17,419 nt of DNA from Paenibacillus xylanivorans (GTDB taxonomy: Bacteria > Bacillota > Bacilli > Paenibacillales > Paenibacillaceae): positions 170,919 through 188,337 of the forward strand of contig NZ_LITU01000053.1 of assembly GCF_001280595.1 (NCBI RefSeq), read 5' to 3'. The notes beneath the pieces are model-generated. The model made no database searches. It had not been told where the DNA came from and saw only the letters and a list, made by a program, of their open reading frames with translations. Below, one piece after another: positions 16,497 to 17,419 of the stretch (positions are counted from its first letter, which is position 1; each line of letters begins with the position of its first letter). The position numbers and the translations under genes were made by a program.

Positions 16497-17419
16497 ATGA
16501 AACATCAGGAAACGGCACAGGAAATCATCAAAGCCGTTGGGGGAACAAACAATATCAACTCGGTGTATCATTGCGTCACAAGACTGAGATTTGATCTGAA
16601 AAATAACGATAAAGTGGATAATAACTCACTCAAGAAACTGGATAAAGTGATGGGAACTAATATCTCAGGGGAGCAATTCCAGGTGATTATCGGAAATGAC
16701 GTGTCCAAAGTATTCGATGCTATGGTGAAGGAACATCCGGCAATCCAGCAAAGCTCAGAAAATAAACAGCCTAAACCGGAAAAAAATAAAAATGTAATTC
16801 TTAATATTTTTGAGACGATTGCGGGTGTCTTTGCGCCAATGCTGCCAGCGATTACAGCTGCCGGTATGCTCAAGGGATTGCTTGCATTATTCGTATCGCT
16901 GGAGTGGATGTCAGCAGGTACTGACACGTATCGTATTCTTTCGGCCATTGGGGACGGCGTATTCTACTTCCTTCCGCTGCTAATTGCGGTTAGTGCCGCT
17001 CGCAAATTCGGAAGTAATCCGTTTGTTGCCATTGCGTTAGGTACTGCGCTGATGTATCCCGATATGGGCGCATTGCTCTCCAGCGGTGAGTCGGTTGCTT
17101 TTCTCGGCATTCCGGTAACGGCTGTCAGTTATGCCTCATCGGTTATTCCAATCTTACTTGCCGTATGGCTGATGTCTTATGTTGAGAAGTGGGTTGACCG
17201 GGTTATTCCGGCAGCATTGAAGTTGCTGCTTGTGCCACTGATTACCTTGCTTGTTATGGTTCCGGTAACACTAATTGCGATCGGTCCATTGGGTACATTT
17301 GTAGGTAGCGGCTTGTCCGGTGGGATTAACTGGCTGCTGAATGAAGGTGGATTGATTGCGGGTATCGTTCTGGGCGGTGCGATGGCACTAATTATTATGA
17401 CAGGTATGCACTACGCATT
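16497..17419 (+). CDS. PTS beta-glucoside/glucoside-family EIIB-EIIC permease (3' end beyond window)
   Basis: ATG 16497 with GAGGAGG at 16483-16489. It is not in the ORF track because it has no in-window stop. The EIIB domain has the phospho-Cys motif NSVYHCVTRLRF, followed by polytopic EIIC helices (LPAITAAGMLKGLL...GIPVTAVSYASSVIPILLAVW...). Confidence 0.9.
   Translation, partial: MKHQETAQEIIKAVGGTNNINSVYHCVTRLRFDLKNNDKVDNNSLKKLDKVMGTNISGEQFQVIIGNDVSKVFDAMVKEHPAIQQSSENKQPKPEKNKNVILNIFETIAGVFAPMLPAITAAGMLKGLLALFVSLEWMSAGTDTYRILSAIGDGVFYFLPLLIAVSAARKFGSNPFVAIALGTALMYPDMGALLSSGESVAFLGIPVTAVSYASSVIPILLAVWLMSYVEKWVDRVIPAALKLLLVPLITLLVMVPVTLIAIGPLGTFVGSGLSGGINWLLNEGGLIAGIVLGGAMALIIMTGMHYA

Noticed and set aside
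1-17419. CRISPR arrays, tRNA/rRNA genes, and transposase or integrase genes
   Set aside because: There are no regularly spaced direct repeats, no tRNA-like cloverleaf segments, no recombinase-like ORFs and no terminal inverted repeats.

Overview
This window reads as a chromosomal segment from a Bacillales (Paenibacillus-like) Firmicute: AGGAGG-type Shine-Dalgarno sites, TTG/GTG starts and Bacillus-type RAT antiterminator elements. The 3' two thirds is core metabolism. A LysR regulator sits divergent to a compact zwf-tal-gnd oxidative pentose-phosphate operon. After that come a membrane-anchored metallophosphoesterase and a BglG/LicT-family antiterminator with two RAT/terminator switches, followed by a PTS EIIBC gene truncated at the window end. 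The 5' third is visibly AT-rich and accessory-like. It holds an ankyrin-repeat protein with a C-terminal SUKH (SMI1/KNR4)-like domain, the fold typical of polymorphic-toxin immunity proteins, preceded by tiny SD-bearing ORFs. Next is a three-gene membrane module and the likeliest novel system in the window. It encodes a YdjI/Band_7_1 (SPFH-like) protein carrying five tandem zinc ribbons, a 4-TM/coiled-coil protein (GTG start overlapping the previous stop) and a small 2-TM protein with an extreme acidic Tyr/His-rich tract plus a zinc ribbon. This looks like a reshuffled, PspA-less version of the Bacillus pspA-ydjGHI phage-shock locus. The rest of the accessory part is a frameshifted, probably pseudogenised minus-strand gene, then an MmyB-like HTH regulator with an aldo/keto reductase and a cupin protein, and a protein of unknown function flanked by a perfect 15-bp palindrome and a bidirectional terminator. 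I found no CRISPR array, tRNA/rRNA or clear transposase. All calls are from reading the sequence; none is confirmed by a database search.
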